From the NCBI GenBank assembly GCA_965215185.1, contig OZ244034.1:704001-768000 (forward strand): a stretch of DNA of 64,000 nt. The letters are read 5' to 3'. This DNA is from Acidimicrobiia bacterium (GTDB lineage Bacteria; Actinomycetota; Acidimicrobiia; Spongiisociales; ZC4RG35). Made by a program: the position numbers and the translations under genes. The notes under the pieces were generated by a model. It was not told the origin of the DNA. It saw only the letters and a list, made by a program, of their open reading frames with translations, and ran no database searches. Below, in pieces: positions 20,135 through 30,057 of this stretch; the first letter of the stretch is position 1, and every line of letters begins with the position of its first letter.

Positions 20135-22558
20135 ATGGAATATGATGTAGCCGCGGTCGAGGCGAAGTGGCAGGACCTTTGGGAGCGGGAGAAGACCTTC
20201 TACACGACAGAGGACTCCGAACGGCCCAAGTACTACAACCTGCAGATGTACCCCTACCCGTCGGGGGATCTGCACATGGGCCATCTTCGCAACTACACCT
20301 ATGTGGATCTTCTGACCCGCTATAGGAAGATGCAGGGCTACAACGTCCTGTCCCCGATGGGGTGGGACTCCTTCGGACTTCCGGCCGAGAACGCTGCTAT
20401 CGCCACCGGTGTGCATCCTCGGGAATTCACTGAGCGACAGATCGTTCGGATGAAATCCCAGCTTCGTCGGCTGGGGGCGGTGTACGACTGGAGCCGGGAG
20501 TTGGCCTGTCACACTCCCGAGTACTACCGATGGGACCAGTGGCTTTTCCTCAAACTCTACGAGCAGGGATTGGCCTACAAGTCCCGTTCGGCAGTGAACT
20601 GGTGTCAGCAGGACCAAACTGTGCTGGCCAACGAGCAGGTGGTGAACGGGGCTTGTGAACGATGCAATTCGCCGGTTATCCGCAGAGAGCTGTCGCAGTG
20701 GCACTTTCGAATCACCAAATATGCTGATCGTCTACTGGAGGACTTGGAGGGCCTTGAATGGCCCGAGCGGGTCAAAGTGATGCAGGAGAACTGGATAGGG
20801 CGTTCGCAAGGGTGTGACTTCACTATCCAAGTGGCCGATGGGGAAGGCCAGTTCGAGGTGTACACCACCCGGCCCGACACCATATTCGGGATGACATTCG
20901 CGGTGCTGGCGCCCGAGCATCCTCTGGTGGAGAAGTTGGTGGCGGGCGGCCCGTACGAGGAGACCATCAGGGCATACGTGGAGAGGGTTTCCGCGGCAAG
21001 CGAATTGGAGAGGATGAGCACCGGGGAGAAGTCGGGAATATTCCTGGGGCGGTACTGCATAAACCCGGTCAGCGGCGCCCGGGTTCCCCTGTACATAGCC
21101 GACTACGTGTTGATGGGGTATGGGACGGGAGCGATCATGGGCGTGCCCGGAGAAGACCAACGGGACTGGGATTTCGCCGCCCAGCGCGGATTGGAGATCA
21201 TCCGCACTGTGCAGCCGCTCGCCGGGTTCGATGGTGAGGCCTACACCGGCGAAGGGATCGCTATCAACTCGGGGTTTCTGAACGGTCTGGAAATGGCAGC
21301 CGCCAAAGAGAGAATCATCGGGTGGCTGGAAGAGCGGGGGATAGGACGCCGGGCGGTGAAGTACCGACTTCATGATTGGCTGGTCTCCCGACAGCGCTAT
21401 TGGGGCTGCCCCATCCCCATGGTGAACTGCCCCGCTTGCGGCTTGGTGCCGGTGCCGGAGAAAGATCTGCCGGTCATCCATCCTGATGTAGAGGAGTACC
21501 GGCCCAAGGGACAGTCGCCCCTCGCCCTGGCCACCGATTGGGTGGAGGTGGACTGCCCCCACTGTGGAGGCCCCGGTAGGCGGGAGACCGACACCATGGA
21601 CACCTTCGTCGACTCCTCCTGGTATTTTCTCCGCTACTGCGACGCACATAACTCAGAGCGGATCTTCGATGACGACAAGGTCAAGTACTGGATGGGTGTC
21701 GACCAGTACATCGGGGGAGTAGAGCACGCGGTTCTCCATCTGCTCTACGCCCGGTTTATCACCAAGGTCCTCTACGACTTGGGTCTATGTCCCACCAAGG
21801 AGCCTTTCACTCGGCTCTTTACTCAAGGGATGCTGGTGAAGGATGGCGCCAAGATGTCTAAGTCAAAGGGCAACGTGGTGACTCCCGAGCCCTACTACGA
21901 GCGGTACGGCGCCGACGCCATTCGTCTATATGAACTATTCATCGGGCCTCCCACCGACGACGCGGTGTGGATCGACGGGGGTGTGGAGGGAACCGCCCGG
22001 TTTCTTGATCGAGTTTGGCGGTTGGGGATGGGGGAGGTCGGGTCGGTGTCCGACCGGGCCGAGGACCGTCGTGACAAGGCCATATTGGGGGTGACGCACC
22101 GTGCCCTGCGCAAGGTCACTTCCGACATAGACCGCTTCCATTTCAACACGGTCGTATCCACGCTGATGGCCTTGATCAACGAACTGATCGCCTACCTGCG
22201 AGAAGGGGGCCGGGCGGAAACCTTCCGGCAGGTCTACCGAATGTTGCTTCTCATGCTGGGCCCTCTGGCGCCCCACGTCTCCCATGAGCTGTGGGAGAGA
22301 CTGGGGTATGGGGAGATGCTCGCCACCCAGTCTTGGCCGATGTGGGATGACAAGATTGCTCGCGAAGATACGGTGGTGATGGTCCTGCAAGTAAATGGCA
22401 AGGTACGGGACCGGGTACAAGTTCCGATCGACATCGACGAGGCGACGGCCGAGCAGTATGCCTTACGTTCCCAGCGGATGCAACGCTGGCTGGAGGGCGG
22501 ACAGATAACCCGGGTCATCGTTCGCCCACCGCAGATAGTCAACGTGGTCGTCAAATAA
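20135..22558 (+). CDS. leuS: Leucine--tRNA ligase
   Basis: PYPSGDLHMGH, KMSKSKGN, editing-domain TTRPDT, QVNGKVR C-terminus. Confidence 0.98.
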   Translation: MEYDVAAVEAKWQDLWEREKTFYTTEDSERPKYYNLQMYPYPSGDLHMGHLRNYTYVDLLTRYRKMQGYNVLSPMGWDSFGLPAENAAIATGVHPREFTERQIVRMKSQLRRLGAVYDWSRELACHTPEYYRWDQWLFLKLYEQGLAYKSRSAVNWCQQDQTVLANEQVVNGACERCNSPVIRRELSQWHFRITKYADRLLEDLEGLEWPERVKVMQENWIGRSQGCDFTIQVADGEGQFEVYTTRPDTIFGMTFAVLAPEHPLVEKLVAGGPYEETIRAYVERVSAASELERMSTGEKSGIFLGRYCINPVSGARVPLYIADYVLMGYGTGAIMGVPGEDQRDWDFAAQRGLEIIRTVQPLAGFDGEAYTGEGIAINSGFLNGLEMAAAKERIIGWLEERGIGRRAVKYRLHDWLVSRQRYWGCPIPMVNCPACGLVPVPEKDLPVIHPDVEEYRPKGQSPLALATDWVEVDCPHCGGPGRRETDTMDTFVDSSWYFLRYCDAHNSERIFDDDKVKYWMGVDQYIGGVEHAVLHLLYARFITKVLYDLGLCPTKEPFTRLFTQGMLVKDGAKMSKSKGNVVTPEPYYERYGADAIRLYELFIGPPTDDAVWIDGGVEGTARFLDRVWRLGMGEVGSVSDRAEDRRDKAILGVTHRALRKVTSDIDRFHFNTVVSTLMALINELIAYLREGGRAETFRQVYRMLLLMLGPLAPHVSHELWERLGYGEMLATQSWPMWDDKIAREDTVVMVLQVNGKVRDRVQVPIDIDEATAEQYALRSQRMQRWLEGGQITRVIVRPPQIVNVVVK

Positions 22559-22599
22559 CGGCGGTTTTGGCCGAGGTACCCCCGCCCGGCGGATTACTA

Positions 22600-22815
22600 C
22601 GACCAGTTGAACGGACAGTGGGAAGTTGGCCAAGCCGCTCTCTGCGTGGCTCAGCACGGTTAACGGATCGCTTTCACCCGTCACGATGGTCGGAGCGGTG
22701 ACCGGGGAATTTCGTCAGGCAGTCCGGAAATCTATGTGATCAACGCGGACGGAACCAATCCAAAGCAGCTCACCTTCCAGGGCGGCTGGGACCCGATTGG
22801 TCGCCAGGTGGGTAG
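22600..22815 (+). pseudogene. Remnant of a TolB/PD40-type beta-propeller repeat gene
   Basis: Manual translation HG*RIAFTR...EIYVINADGTNPKQLT..., then a frameshift to DWSPGG*; stop at 22661; no start codon; left edge approximate. Confidence 0.65.
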
Positions 22816-22925
22816 ATTGATGTTCGCTTCGATGAGGTGAATGGCTTCTGGTATTGCGAAGGTAGAGAACTCTTCGAGTCTCCTCCAGGCTGAAGTTCGC
22901 GAAGCTCCGGTACAACGAGGCGCCT

Positions 22926-23346
22926 TTAGCGGATTTCCAGAGACGGAGCGCCTCTACTGTGAAGACGACGGGCAGCGCGGTGTCGATGATGTACCAAACC
23001 ATCCAGAAAGCGCTTTGGTCGGGCGGCTCCCCCCAGCGCGGCAAACCAATTGGGCAGGAAGGCGAGGATAAGCAGTAGCGCGCTGTAGAAGATCCGGTTG
23101 GCCGTAAGCCATTGTCGGGTACTGGTTAACGGGTCGTCGTTGTGTCTTCGTTTCTCTTTGAATGTGGTGACCAATATCATCGCCAACCCGGCCAGCTGGC
23201 ACCACCCCAGCACATTCCAGATGTTGTTCGCCGTGTCGCTGGCGCGGTCGGAGGATTGCGCGTAGATCGTCCAAACCGTGAACTGCACAGCTACGGACAG
23301 CGCCACCAAACCCTAAATAGACGCTTACGGCACGGTTCAACAGCAT
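22926..23346 (-). pseudogene. Frameshifted paralog of the adjacent membrane protein
   Basis: Joining three frames gives NRAVSVYLG/LVALSVAVQF...IFYSALLLILAFLPNWF/...VWYIIDTALPVVFTVEALRL, colinear with 23390-23791; shifts near 23309 and in a G6 run at 23029-23034. Confidence 0.75.
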
Positions 23347-23389
23347 CTATTGGGACCCGGGTATCTAAACAGAGCGGGTCAGTTGTGGG

Positions 23390-23791
23390 TCAGGATGCCC
23401 GGATCAGACGGCGCGCCTCTGTTATGAACAGGACGGGTAGCACGGAGTCGATGAGATGCCAGACAGTCCAAGCGGCATCCACATTGGCGTGTTCGGTGAA
23501 GGCTTCCCCGAACCAGTTGGGAAAGAAGGCCAGGGCGAGAATGGCGGTCCCGTAAAACATCGCCTCCGCACCGAAGGAGCAGCAGGCATCTGATGAGGCT
23601 CCCATCTGCTTGCGTTGGTAGGTGGTCCTCAACATCAGCAACAGGCCGATCGCCATCAACCAGTCAAGCACCAGCCAGATCGTGGTTCCACCATCCGAAC
23701 TGTTCCCATAGAGCGGATACAAAACGAATTGCGCCGCCACCGCCACACCTACCACCCCTAGATAGAGGCCTATTAGTCGATTTGTTCCCAT
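23390..23791 (-). CDS. Hypothetical membrane protein (about 4 TM segments)
   Basis: 133 aa with four hydrophobic stretches; GGAGG RBS upstream; tandem paralog downstream. Confidence 0.8.
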   Translation of the reverse strand: MGTNRLIGLYLGVVGVAVAAQFVLYPLYGNSSDGGTTIWLVLDWLMAIGLLLMLRTTYQRKQMGASSDACCSFGAEAMFYGTAILALAFFPNWFGEAFTEHANVDAAWTVWHLIDSVLPVLFITEARRLIRAS

Positions 23792-24279
23792 TGCAAGTCC
23801 TCCACTTTGGGGCTGGTTATCTGTCCACTACGGCCCTATGTCGGTGCCGTGACTTTCGGTTTTGCTGATAAGCCTATAAGGACAAAGGCATGTCCACCGG
23901 TTCAAGCCAATTGCTACTTGTCCTCCGCAAATGACTCCGCCACGACGCTATCTGATACCTCCGATTTCCGACCACGGGGAAGTGCTGTTGACGAGCGTCG
24001 TCTCACGTTGTAGTTAAACAAGAATCGGTTCAAAGAGTGCGGTACCTTTCCACAAACACCGGCGGTTTGGTATCAGAGTTCGATCTGAACCGCTACAACC
24101 AAACAGCGAAAACACCAACCTCGCCCGGGCCTGGAATTTCGCGAAAAACAACGGTATGGAGGTGGCGGGGGAGGGAACCCGATGGGGGAAAATATTTCTC
24201 GCGGAATTTGAGCTGGCAAATGTCCCGCTATAAGGCGCTTACCGGGCTCTTGTCCAGGGTGCTTGCTAGCGTGAGGGGG

Positions 24280-25461
24280 GTGGGCGAGGTACTGGCTGTG
24301 GTTATCGCGGATCGGGGCGGTCCGGGCGAACGGGAGGAGGGGCTTGATTTCGCCCGGCGACATCTGCGTAGGGTGGGAGTGGAGGCGGATCAGATCGTCA
24401 GGATCGATGTTCCCTCTTCTCGAGGCGCCGGGGCTTCCCCGCCGGGTGGCCCTGATCAACACGGGACTTTCCGAGCCGAGTTGATTGGGATTGTGCCGTT
24501 GTTACAGTCTTCCAGTCTTTTTGGTCAAAAGCAGGGATTGCTGCTGGTGGACGCCAATTATCTGCTGGCCGCCGAGGCCCAGGCTTTGGCCGAGCTTCTG
24601 CCCGCTATCGACCCGGTGGCGGTGGCGGTGGCGTTGGTTGCCCAGCGTTCTTTGCCCACCGCTTTGTCCAAGAAGGTCAAAGAGATCGGCAAGGTCGAAT
24701 CGATACGGGCGCTTTGGGAAAGCCAAATCCATGGATGGCTGATCGAACAAGCCAAGGAAAAGGGTTTGCGGATTGGTAATCAGGCCCGGGTCGCTCTGAT
24801 ACAGAGGTTCGGAACCGACCGGGCCTCTCTTCGAAGAGCCTTGGAGCAACTTCAGGGCGACAACCGGCCCATCAATGCCCAAATGATCGTTGAGCGATTC
24901 CGTAACCGACCCGACCAGCCGATCTTTCGCATTCTGGATGAGATTCTGGTCGGGAACACCCCGGCGGCGCTGCGACGGCTCGGTGACTTTTTGGCCAATG
25001 CCCGATCTTCCGACGGGCGTCCTCATATGCTGTTGGGCGCCTTGGAATCGGATCTGCGCCTCCGCCTGAAGGCTTCACAGGCCCGTGACCGGGAGCACTT
25101 TCGCCAAATGGAGGAAGAGGGGACCTTCTCCCGAATGTTGGAATCGGCGCCCGGGCCCCTGGATCAAAAGACGGAGAACAAGCTACGGACTACGGCCAAA
25201 AGCCAGGTTCGCTCCAGACAAGCGCGCCATGGGCGAATATGGTCTCAGAGAAAACCAATCAGTTCGGTAAGCAGGCGAGAGCAGATCCATGCCGCACAGA
25301 GAGCACTGTCTTTAGTGGTACAGGCCGACCGAACCCTCAAGCTGTTCCCGGCGGAGCTTCACCAACCGGTTTTGGAAAGAACTGTGGCCGAATTGTGTGG
25401 TGTCTACCAGGGTTTCGCCGGTTTACGCAGAAGATCGAACAACCCGGGCAGGACCTGGTAG
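24280..25461 (+). CDS. holA: DNA polymerase III delta subunit, divergent; start uncertain
   Basis: LQSSSLFG motif, helical clamp-loader-like segments (LRRALEQL, IFRILDEIL); convergent with rpsT as in the conserved actinobacterial holA-rpsT-lepA order. Confidence 0.75.
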   Translation: MGEVLAVVIADRGGPGEREEGLDFARRHLRRVGVEADQIVRIDVPSSRGAGASPPGGPDQHGTFRAELIGIVPLLQSSSLFGQKQGLLLVDANYLLAAEAQALAELLPAIDPVAVAVALVAQRSLPTALSKKVKEIGKVESIRALWESQIHGWLIEQAKEKGLRIGNQARVALIQRFGTDRASLRRALEQLQGDNRPINAQMIVERFRNRPDQPIFRILDEILVGNTPAALRRLGDFLANARSSDGRPHMLLGALESDLRLRLKASQARDREHFRQMEEEGTFSRMLESAPGPLDQKTENKLRTTAKSQVRSRQARHGRIWSQRKPISSVSRREQIHAAQRALSLVVQADRTLKLFPAELHQPVLERTVAELCGVYQGFAGLRRRSNNPGRTW

Positions 25462-25487
25462 ACCAAAGACTCGGGGGAACTGGCTTA

Positions 25488-25745
25488 TCAGGACGAGGCT
25501 GCGTCTCGAAACAGACGGGACTTGAGACGCGCCGCCTTTTTGGCGTGGATGATTCCTTTGGAGCAGGCCGAATCGATGCGCTTTTGGGCCACTCGCAACT
25601 TGTCCTCCACGTCGGGATCTCCCGCCTCCACCGCCGCCATGGCGGTCTTGATACGGGTTTTCATCTCTGAGCTAATGCCCTTGTTGGCGATCCGACGACG
25701 CTCGTTCTGCCGGTTACGTTTCTTTTGGGACTTGATGTTTGCCAT
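25488..25745 (-). CDS. rpsT: 30S ribosomal protein S20
   Basis: MANIKSQKKRNRQNE...KGIIHAKKAARLKSRL. Confidence 0.97.
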   Translation of the reverse strand: MANIKSQKKRNRQNERRRIANKGISSEMKTRIKTAMAAVEAGDPDVEDKLRVAQKRIDSACSKGIIHAKKAARLKSRLFRDAASS

Positions 25746-26032
25746 CAGGTTTTACGACTTTCGGGGATTGGTTGTGCTTATGGAGAGAATACCCCCCGCC
25801 CGCAAAAACATTTTAGGGTTCATTTGCATCCCGATCACAATCCGACCTCTGGGAAAATGGTCCGACTGCTCCGGCCAGCGCCGGGTTGTCCTCCAACCAG
25901 GGTCCCGGCGGGGACCCGACGACTACTTCGCCCATGGGCCGAACCGCCCGCCGGGACATCAGGTGGCTGTCAGCACTGCAAGACACGTAAGATATTGCCG
26001 TGTCCCCGCCACTCCACCTAGGTTGCGCAAGC

Positions 26033-27835
26033 TTGTCCTCTCTTTCCCTGATCAGAAACTTCTGCATAATCGCCCACATCGACCATGGGAAATCCACCCT
26101 GGCCGATCGCCTGCTGGAATCCGCCGGGGCTGTCTCCCAGCGAGAGATGAGAGATCAGGTGCTCGACACGATGGATTTGGAGCGGGAACGGGGAATCACC
26201 ATCAAAGCGCAGGCGGTGCGTTTGGATTATCCGGCCGCCGATGGTTGCACCTATGTCCTCAATCTGATCGACACTCCCGGGCATGTGGACTTCTCGTACG
26301 AGGTGTCCCGTTCGCTAGCCGCCTGCGAAGGGGCGCTGTTGCTGGTGGACGCCAATCAGGGAGTGCAGGCCCAGACCGTTGCCAATGCCTATCTGGCGGT
26401 GGAAGCGGGACTGGAGATCATACCGGTGGTAAACAAGATTGATCTCCCCTCGGCCGAGCCCGAGGGCGCTGCTGAGGAATTGTCTCGAATACTGGGCGGC
26501 GATCCCGTCGACGCCATCTTCATCTCGGCAAAAACCGGCGAGGGCATCGACGAACTCACCGAACGAATAGTGGAATTAGTTCCACCACCGGCGGGGGACC
26601 CCGAACTCCCCCTTTCCGCACTGATCTTCGACTCCTATTACGACATATACAGAGGTGTGGTCTGCTACGTGAGGGTGATGGACGGAAGCCTGACGACGGG
26701 TGAGCGTGTCATGTTCATGGCCACCGGTGAGAAGCGGGACGCTTCCGAGATCGGGGTGCTCACCCCCTCCTCCCTGCCGGTGGAGACGCTCGGGGCGGGT
26801 GAAGTGGGATATTTGATCACGGGCGCCAAGGAACTGGACCGGGTGCGGGTGGGGGACACGGTCACGTCGGCTCACCAACCGACCTCCCAACCGCTGCGGG
26901 GCTATACCGACCCTCGTCCCATGGTGTTTGCGGGGATATTCACCACCGATGGCGATGATTACCCCCGTCTGCGGGAGGCCTTGGACAAGCTCCAACTCAA
27001 CGACGCCTCGCTCCAGATCTCTCCGGAGTTCTCCCAAGCATTGGGATTTGGATTCCGATGCGGGTTCTTGGGTCTATTGCACCTGGAGATAGTGCGGGAA
27101 CGTCTGGAGAGGGAGTACGACCTGGATCTGGTTACCACCTCCCCGTCGGTCGCCTATCGAGTGACCCTTCCGGGCGGACAGCCCACCGAGGTGCGATCCC
27201 CGGCCGACTTCCCGGCGGCGGGGAAGGAGATGCTGGTGGAAGAACCCTGGATCAAGGCACTCATCCTGGTTCCCCCCGAATTCCTGGGAGCGGTGATGGA
27301 GATCCTCACCTCCCGCCGCGCAGAGTTGGGTCCCATTAGTTATCTGGGCGCCGAACGGATAGAGCTCACCTGCCGTGTTCCCTTGGCGGAGGTGGTTTTC
27401 GACTTCTACGATCATCTCAAATCCAAGACCAGGGGGTTCGCCTCCCTCGATTATGAGCCCGACGGCTATCAGCCTTCCGATCTGGTCAAAGTGGACCTGC
27501 TGCTCAATGGCTCGCCGGTGGACGCCTTCTCGGCAGTAATACACCGCCAAAAGGCGTACGAATATGGCCGGGAGATGGTCACCCGACTCAGGGAACTGAT
27601 TCCCCGACAGTTATTCGACGTTCCCATTCAGGCCGCGGTCGGCAGCCGGATCATCTCCCGGGAGACCATCCGAGCCAAGCGCAAGGATGTGCTGGCCAAG
27701 TGCTACGGTGGCGATGTCACCCGCAAGAAAAAGCTGTTGTCCCGCCAGAAGGAAGGCAAGCGAAGGATGAAGATGGTGGGGTCGGTGGAGGTGCCTTCGG
27801 AGGCGTTCGTGGCGGCTCTCCGGGTGAAGGATTGA
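26033..27835 (+). CDS. lepA: Elongation factor 4
   Basis: [45 protein letters not shown]; start uncertain (TTG 26033 preferred). Confidence 0.97.
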   Translation: MSSLSLIRNFCIIAHIDHGKSTLADRLLESAGAVSQREMRDQVLDTMDLERERGITIKAQAVRLDYPAADGCTYVLNLIDTPGHVDFSYEVSRSLAACEGALLLVDANQGVQAQTVANAYLAVEAGLEIIPVVNKIDLPSAEPEGAAEELSRILGGDPVDAIFISAKTGEGIDELTERIVELVPPPAGDPELPLSALIFDSYYDIYRGVVCYVRVMDGSLTTGERVMFMATGEKRDASEIGVLTPSSLPVETLGAGEVGYLITGAKELDRVRVGDTVTSAHQPTSQPLRGYTDPRPMVFAGIFTTDGDDYPRLREALDKLQLNDASLQISPEFSQALGFGFRCGFLGLLHLEIVRERLEREYDLDLVTTSPSVAYRVTLPGGQPTEVRSPADFPAAGKEMLVEEPWIKALILVPPEFLGAVMEILTSRRAELGPISYLGAERIELTCRVPLAEVVFDFYDHLKSKTRGFASLDYEPDGYQPSDLVKVDLLLNGSPVDAFSAVIHRQKAYEYGREMVTRLRELIPRQLFDVPIQAAVGSRIISRETIRAKRKDVLAKCYGGDVTRKKKLLSRQKEGKRRMKMVGSVEVPSEAFVAALRVKD

Positions 27836-29034
27836 GTCTCCCAGTCACGGCGCCTCCCTCACCGGATGATCCCGGGCTGGCGGACCAGGCGGGTCGGTGG
27901 CGTTCACTGTATGTGCACATTCCGTTTTGTGAGGCGGTCTGCCCTTACTGTGACTTCGCGGTGGTGGCAGGGAGGGATGATTTGGTTTCCCGATATGGGA
28001 ATGCTCTGATCACTGAGATAGGATCGGCCCCTCGCTGGGGGCAGGTGAACGCCATCAACTTCGGAGGAGGGACTCCATCTCGGATGCCGGTCGGATGGTT
28101 GGAGAGGATTCTGGGAGAAATGGCCGCTCGTTTCGGCCTCACCGAGGATGCGGAGGTGAGCCTGGAGGCCAACCCCGAGGATTGGACGCCGGAGAAGGCA
28201 GAGGCGCTGGTGGCGGCCGGGTTCAACAGGGTGTCGCTGGGCGCTCAGTCCTTCGATCGTCAGGTGCTCTCCTATCTGGGTCGCCGCCACACCCCAAAGG
28301 ACATCGTGCAGGCCGTGTCGGTCGCCCGAGAGGCCGGTTTCTTCTCGATCAATCTGGATCTGATCATGGGCTCACCCCCCGAGAGCGGCGCATCCTGGGG
28401 CCAAACGCTGCGCGGCGCCTTCGCCTGCGATCCGGACCACCTGTCCACATACGCCCTGACTGTTGAGCCGGGGACCGTGTTGTGGAAGAACGTCCGGGCG
28501 GGCTCACCGACCCCCGACCCTGACCGGCAGGCCGACTGTTGGGAGGAGGCTGATAGAGCCTGCCGGGAGGCTGGATTGGTGCGCTATGAGGTCTCCAACG
28601 CTGCTCGGCCCGGCCATCCCTGCCGATACAACCTGTCGGTATGGGGACAGGGCGAGTATCTGGGGTTTGGAAACGGCGCCCATTCGTTTCGGGATGGGCG
28701 CCGGTGGGAGAACATACGCAGTCTGAATCGCTACCTGAAGACCGTGGAGAGTGGCGGTGCTACGACTCGGAGGATGGAAACCATCGCAGGGTGGGCCTCG
28801 GAGACTGAGCGATTGCTGCTGGGGATCAGAAGGAGGGCCGGCGTGAAACCGGGCCGGGCCGGGGAGGCGCTGTGGCACTCCTCACAGGGCCGAAGGCTTC
28901 GGCAGGCGGGTGTGATTGGATTGGGGAAGGGGAGGCTTCGGGTGGAGCGTCCCCTGCTCACCGACGAGGTGAGCCGGGCGATCCTCGCCATTCCACCCCC
29001 AGAGACCGATTCCAATGGAGAACCACCTCAATAG
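27832..29034 (+). CDS. hemW: Radical SAM heme chaperone
   Basis: [35 protein letters not shown]; lies between lepA and hrcA. Confidence 0.9.
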   Translation: MSLPVTAPPSPDDPGLADQAGRWRSLYVHIPFCEAVCPYCDFAVVAGRDDLVSRYGNALITEIGSAPRWGQVNAINFGGGTPSRMPVGWLERILGEMAARFGLTEDAEVSLEANPEDWTPEKAEALVAAGFNRVSLGAQSFDRQVLSYLGRRHTPKDIVQAVSVAREAGFFSINLDLIMGSPPESGASWGQTLRGAFACDPDHLSTYALTVEPGTVLWKNVRAGSPTPDPDRQADCWEEADRACREAGLVRYEVSNAARPGHPCRYNLSVWGQGEYLGFGNGAHSFRDGRRWENIRSLNRYLKTVESGGATTRRMETIAGWASETERLLLGIRRRAGVKPGRAGEALWHSSQGRRLRQAGVIGLGKGRLRVERPLLTDEVSRAILAIPPPETDSNGEPPQ

Positions 29035-29052
29035 TTTGGTACTCTGTGGTAC

Positions 29053-30045
29053 ATGCTGGAGGATCGCCGCGCCGAGATATTGCGTTCCCTGGTGGAATGT
29101 CACATCCGCACCGGAGCGCCCGTGAGTTCTCGGGCGGTGCTTGACCACAGCGATTTGGAAATCTCCCCCGCCACGGTCCGAAAGGAACTGGCCCGTCTGG
29201 AAGAAGACGGGTACGTAGCACAGCCCCATACCTCGGCTGGAAGGGTTCCCACCGCATTGGCCTACCGCTATTACGTGGACAACCAGGCGGGATTTCGGCT
29301 GCGGCGGGCGGTTCGATCCCGTATCTCTTCATTCTTCGCCGATGTCGAATTGGAGTTGGATCGGATGCTCCATGCCACTTCCCGATTGCTGTCGGACTTA
29401 ACCCTGTTACCGGCGGTGGTGGTGGGTCCTCAACTGGCCGCCGAGCGCGTCCGCAGCATCCACCTGGTCTCTCTCCAATTGCGCCTGGCTTTGCTGGTGG
29501 TGGTCACCGAATCGGCCCGGGTTCTGCAAGAGCTTTGTCGATTGCCGGCTCCGATGAGCGGAGGTCAACTCTCCGAAATGGAACGCCTGGTTCGCAGCCA
29601 CGCGGTGGGAGCGCCACTGGGTGGGCCAAGTCCGTCGGCGCTGCCGGCGCCTGGGTCCCCGCCCACCACGTTCCAAAGCTGCTTTCAAGAGGTGTGGGAA
29701 TCATTGGAAAGGGCAGCGTTGCGAGCCTCGGATGTTTACGTGATGGGCACCGGCCGACTGGCCGACCTATGGGATGATCTGGATGCGGTTTCCCAGGTGC
29801 TGGGGGTGCTGGAGAGGGAAGGCACGGTGTTGGAACTGCTCACTGCCAATCCGGGAATCACCATCCGCATCGGAGAGGAAATACCCGATCTGGAGGTGGA
29901 TCTGGCAGTGGTTTCCACCTCATTCATGGCGGGCAGCTCCAGCGGGCGAATCGGTGTGCTGGGGCCAATGCGAATGAATTATGGCCGAGCGATTTCGGTG
30001 CTCGAGAGAGTAAGCGCCGGGTTGGCCGGTCGCATCGGCGGCTGA
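29053..30045 (+). CDS. hrcA: Heat-inducible transcription repressor
   Basis: SPATVRKELARLE, QPHTSAGRVPT, GVLGPMRMNY. Confidence 0.95.
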   Translation: MLEDRRAEILRSLVECHIRTGAPVSSRAVLDHSDLEISPATVRKELARLEEDGYVAQPHTSAGRVPTALAYRYYVDNQAGFRLRRAVRSRISSFFADVELELDRMLHATSRLLSDLTLLPAVVVGPQLAAERVRSIHLVSLQLRLALLVVVTESARVLQELCRLPAPMSGGQLSEMERLVRSHAVGAPLGGPSPSALPAPGSPPTTFQSCFQEVWESLERAALRASDVYVMGTGRLADLWDDLDAVSQVLGVLEREGTVLELLTANPGITIRIGEEIPDLEVDLAVVSTSFMAGSSSGRIGVLGPMRMNYGRAISVLERVSAGLAGRIGG

Positions 30046-30057
30046 ACCACTTCCCGC

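Noticed and set aside
24037-24279. 81-aa N-terminal extension of HolA in the ORF track
   Set aside because: Lower-GC sequence that does not resemble the rest of the protein; more likely an open intergenic frame.
25900-25917. Hairpin gggtccc-ggcg-gggaccc between rpsT and lepA
   Set aside because: Single 7-bp GC stem with no U-tract, and I saw no other copy in the window.
28870-28900. TGGCACTC upstream of hrcA as a possible CIRCE element
   Set aside because: Only one half-site; the GAGTGC arm 9 nt later is missing, and it lies inside hemW.
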